Shown here piece after piece: positions 25,084 through 28,560 of a stretch of DNA of 28,560 nucleotides. Source of the stretch: Fonticula alba ATCC 38817 (Eukaryota; Protista; Nucleariida); assembly GCA_000388065.2 (NCBI GenBank), contig KB932206.1. One strand, 5' to 3'. Both the position numbers and the translations under genes were made by a program. The notes under the pieces were generated by a model, which worked only from the letters and a program-made list of their open reading frames with translations, was not told where the DNA came from and made no database searches. The first letter of the stretch is position 1. Every line of letters begins with the position of its first letter.

Positions 25084-25641
25084 CCCTCCCCGCCTCGCCG
25101 TCTTGCTCCCCGGCCCAGCCCGCGAGACCCCGGAATGAGGTCAGGCACGCGCGCACACACATACGGCTCGCCTGCCCCCCCCCCCCTCTGGAACACCACA
25201 CCAGGACGCGCGGGGCTCCCTGCCTGCAAACGGGAAGGGGGCCCGCTTGTGTGGCATCACCCCTCTTCCATCATCTCAAGCATGGGGATCTGGACTTCGC
25301 GAACGGCCCGTGACGCCGGCCATCACGTGCGGTGCTTGGATTCCCAGGCCCCTTTTCCCGGGGGGGGGGGGGGGGGGCTTATCTCCTGGGTGCGCCGGAC
25401 ATGAACGGCCCCCCGCCCCTCCCCCTCGGCGGGCAGCCGAGCACAGCAAGATGAGGCCCCGGACCGGCAAAAAGGGACGCCACCCTCTCTTGGAGGCTGA
25501 GATCTCGTTCACGGCCAGGCCTGGCCATTCTTCGACTTATACTTTGCCCTTTTCTCTTTCCCACGGCGCCTCCCCTTCCCTCCCTGCCCCCTTGCCCTCG
25601 CTGGTTGCCGACCCGCAGCCCGGGCACGCCCTCCTTTTTTC

Positions 25642-26361
25642 ATGCTGCCGCCTCGCGCCGCGTCGCTGGACGACGCGCCTATGGCCGCGCCTCCGCCGCG
25701 AGCATCGCCATTCCTCCGGTGGGACAATCCCCCGGCCGCAGCCCCTCCCGAGCGCCCGTCCGCCCATCTGCAAGACGCCTCGGGCCTGGGGGAACGCTGG
25801 TTCTCCGCCACCGGCGGGGGGGGCTCTCGCCTGAATGAGATTTTCCAGATGACCACCCTCTCACCGGGGTTTGCCCGGCTGCCGGACACCGATCCCGATG
25901 AGGATGGCGACGGCCCGGTCGCCGGGGCCGAGGAGGACCTCTTCATTTTGCACGAGGACACTGACTGGAATGATGATCGCCGGGGTACGCTGTGCCTCGC
26001 CCGCTCTGCTCTCTGCTCGCCCGGGGCGCCTGGCCCAGGGTGCCCGGCGTTGACACTTACCTCTGGCCATGCTTCAGCCACCCAGCGGACCAATTGGGCC
26101 TGGTTGCGGACATCCATCTCGCTCATCTCCCTGGGCTTGACCATCCTCTCGCAGTTTCTCTCCCACCGGATCGCCCTCTTTGCGCTGGTCACCCTGGCTC
26201 TGGGGCTGGTCTACGCCGCGCTGGCTCTCATCCGGTTCTACATCACGCTTCGGTACTTCGAGGCCGGGCGTTTCCTGACCAACTCCAAGGCCGTGGCCAC
26301 CGCCAGCGTGGTGACCCTTTTCGCCATGCTCGGCATTCTGGTTCTGATGATTGTGACGTGA
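25642..26361 (+). CDS. DUF202-family (YidH/Vtc1-like) small membrane protein with extended N-terminus
   Basis: Exons 25642-25984 and 26078-26361. Splicing restores DDRRATQRTNWAWLRTSISLISLG, similar to the family motif ANERTxLAWxRT, followed by three hydrophobic segments. Start could be 25642 or 25681. Confidence 0.75.
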   Translation: MLPPRAASLDDAPMAAPPPRASPFLRWDNPPAAAPPERPSAHLQDASGLGERWFSATGGGGSRLNEIFQMTTLSPGFARLPDTDPDEDGDGPVAGAEEDLFILHEDTDWNDDRRGTLCLARSALCSPGAPGPGCPALTLTSGHASATQRTNWAWLRTSISLISLGLTILSQFLSHRIALFALVTLALGLVYAALALIRFYITLRYFEAGRFLTNSKAVATASVVTLFAMLGILVLMIVT

Positions 26362-26886
26362 GTGCGGATGCACGCGCGCGGACGGGTGTTCCCCTCTCTC
26401 TCTCTCTCTCTCTCTTCCTCTCCCCCTTCTCCCCGGGGCCCTGCCTCCCGTTTACCAGCGAGGCAGGGGCCGTGTGGCCGTTGTCCGGGACACACGGGCA
26501 CACGCAAGTCCATGCTCACATACACAATAGACATCCCCCGGCCCTTCGGCGCGAGCGCACACACAAGCATGGCTGCCATCAGACCCCAGGCCATTGGGCG
26601 AGGCATGGGGGAAAGGTGGGCGAGGCATGGGGGGAGAAAGGCGGACGAGGGGGTATATTGGCAAGGCCGTCCTGGCAAGGAAGGAGGCGGAGGCATGTTT
26701 CCACGCGCGTGCATGCATGTGCGCACACATCCCTCCCCCCCCTGGTCCCTCCCCCCCCTCCCCCCTACATACGTGCACATGGACAGACAGGCAGGCGAGC
26801 GAGAAGGGGCGCCCGGCCCATCCGCGCACGTGTACGGCGCACACAGGGAAGAAGAGGCCGGCCAGTGGGTCGGGTGCACGGTAGGC

Positions 26887-28543
26887 CTACCGGCGCCGCG
26901 CGGCGGCGGCCCGGGCCTGCTGCTCGGCCGTCGCGACCATGCGCAGAGCCTCCTCAAGCCGGGCACGGGCGGTCGGGATGTCGGCATATTGGACGGCCGA
27001 GGCGGCGTGCCGGGCAAGGCGCTCGATGCCGGCCAGCGTGGCCGGGTCATACATGTCGGCCGGGTCATCGTCATCCGAAAAGTCGTCCTCCTCATCGAGG
27101 AAGTTCTTGGACATGATGACCGGTGACCGGCCGACCGGCTCATCACGGAAGGCATCCGGCACCGAGGTGGCCGTCCGGCCGGAGAGCGTCGGCGACCGGG
27201 CGGTGGGCGACTGGTGCTGCTGGTGCCGGGAGTGGTGGTGGTGGTGGTGCTGCTGCTGCTGCTGCTGCGCCGGCGGCGGCGGCTGGTGGTAATCCGACCG
27301 AGGGTCATGGGGGGAGGGGCTGCCGCTGGGGCTGCCGCCGCCGCTCCCGGGGCCACCATAGCCCGGATGCGGCGCCAAGTGCCCGTGGGAGTGGCCGCCG
27401 AAGCCCTGGTGCTGCTGATGGTGGCCCGCCCCGCCGGCATACTCGCCGTGGAAGTTGTTCGGCGAGGTGGACGCCGAAAGGGATGGGGTGGGGATCGGGT
27501 CGGTGTCCATGGCATGGTGCTGGTGCTGGTGCTGGTGCTGGGTCATGGAGGCCGAGCCAGGGAAGGAGTTGTCCCCGCGCGGGGCGTCCCACTGGGTGGC
27601 CGCCATGGCCGGCGAGGTGGGAGACCCGGCCGCCGGGTCCTGCTTGTCGAAGGAGGTCGGCGGGCTGGGGAGGCGGTTTTCCCGGATGGCCCGGGAAATC
27701 TCCACCGCGCGCCACTTGGCATACTTGATCTTGTTGTCGATGTCCTCGCGTGGCATCCCGGCTGGCGAGCCATCCGGCGGGCTGCCGCTGGGGACCGGCA
27801 TGCTGTTGAGCACCTCGAAGAAGCAGGCCGCCACGAGGAAGTTCTGGGAGGTCTTCCTGCGGGCGGGGGGCGGGGGGGNNNNNNNNNNNNNNNNNNNNNN
27901 NNNNNNNNNNNNNNNNNNNNNNNNNNNNNNNNNNNNNNNNNNNNNNNNNNNNNNNNNNNNNNNNNNNNNNNNNNNNNNNNNNNNNNNNNNNNNNNNNNNN
28001 NNNNNNNGGGGGAGGACAGCAGGCGGTCAGGGTCGGGGCGAGGGAGGGGCAGAAGGGCAAGCGAGAAGCAGGGGCGCACATGGCCGGTGTGCCCTTGCGA
28101 TCTTCATCATCCGCCGCGAGGAACACCCGGGCAGCCATGTTCTCGACGCGCTTGCGGGAGGAGTGCAGGTCGGCGAAATCCGGGCGCATCTCCACGGTGG
28201 GCTTCATCTTTTCCACATGGCCAAGAAGCTGCAGGAGGAAGGGCTGTGAGGCGCTCTTCTCCGGCGGCGGCAGCGTCGACATCTGCTTGACGCCATTCTC
28301 CACGGCGCACAGGAAGGCTGCGAGGCGATGCGGGCGGGAGGGGGGGGGCCGATGGAGCCGGGGCAAGGGGGTGAGCGGCCAGCGGGCGGGGCGAGGGGGA
28401 CCGGCCAAGGTGCGAGTCATGCGGCCCTGCAGCGCACCGTAGTACGAAACAATCGGATCAATGTCCTGCACCTCGCGGGCGCGCTGGACGTAGGTGGTGA
28501 TTGATTTCAGGCCGAGAGGGATGTCATGGTTGAAAGGCTCCAT
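26887..28543 (-). CDS. VTA1: Vta1/LIP5, ESCRT Vps4 cofactor (MIT-MIT, low-complexity linker, VSL)
   Basis: Exons 28543-28438, 28317-28080, 27856-26887 (intron 2 contains an N gap). DPIVSYY, ARVFLAADDEDRKG, NFLVAACFFEVL, KIKYAKWRAVEISRAIRE; C-terminal VSL ERLARHAASAVQYADIPTARARLEEAL. Confidence 0.93.
27879..28007. other. Assembly gap (N run)
   Basis: Ns within VTA1 intron 2. Confidence 1.
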
Positions 28544-28560
28544 CGTGGGCGGCGCAGGGG

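Overview
Very GC-rich, intron-containing eukaryotic draft-assembly DNA with six N gaps, most flanked by G/C runs. The fungal-like Pkc1, Esa1 and Rho sequences together with an animal-like TTC14 suggest an early-branching opisthokont, for example a Fonticula-like relative of fungi; this is inference only. Eight spliced protein genes can be reconstructed by hand with phase-consistent GT-AG introns: Pkc1-type kinase (-, partial at both ends), Esa1/Tip60 MYST acetyltransferase (-), WrbA-like flavodoxin-fold protein (+), Diaphanous-related formin (+), TTC14-like TPR/RS protein (-), Rho GTPase (-), DUF202 membrane protein (+) and Vta1 (-). I see no rRNA, tRNA, CRISPR array or transposon. Most ORF-track entries are antisense or GC-shadow artefacts or run through Ns. 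The main observations are: (1) the formin carries two N-terminal Ras-association-like domains ahead of its Rho-binding GBD; (2) the Pkc1 has fungal kinase hallmarks but no C1 domains and a ~100-aa Ser-rich insert in HR1b; (3) a divergent Rho GTPase lies within ~23 kb of two classical Rho-effector types; (4) 19 of 22 inferred splice donors have C at +4 and none has A. Exon boundaries are manual and no database search was run.
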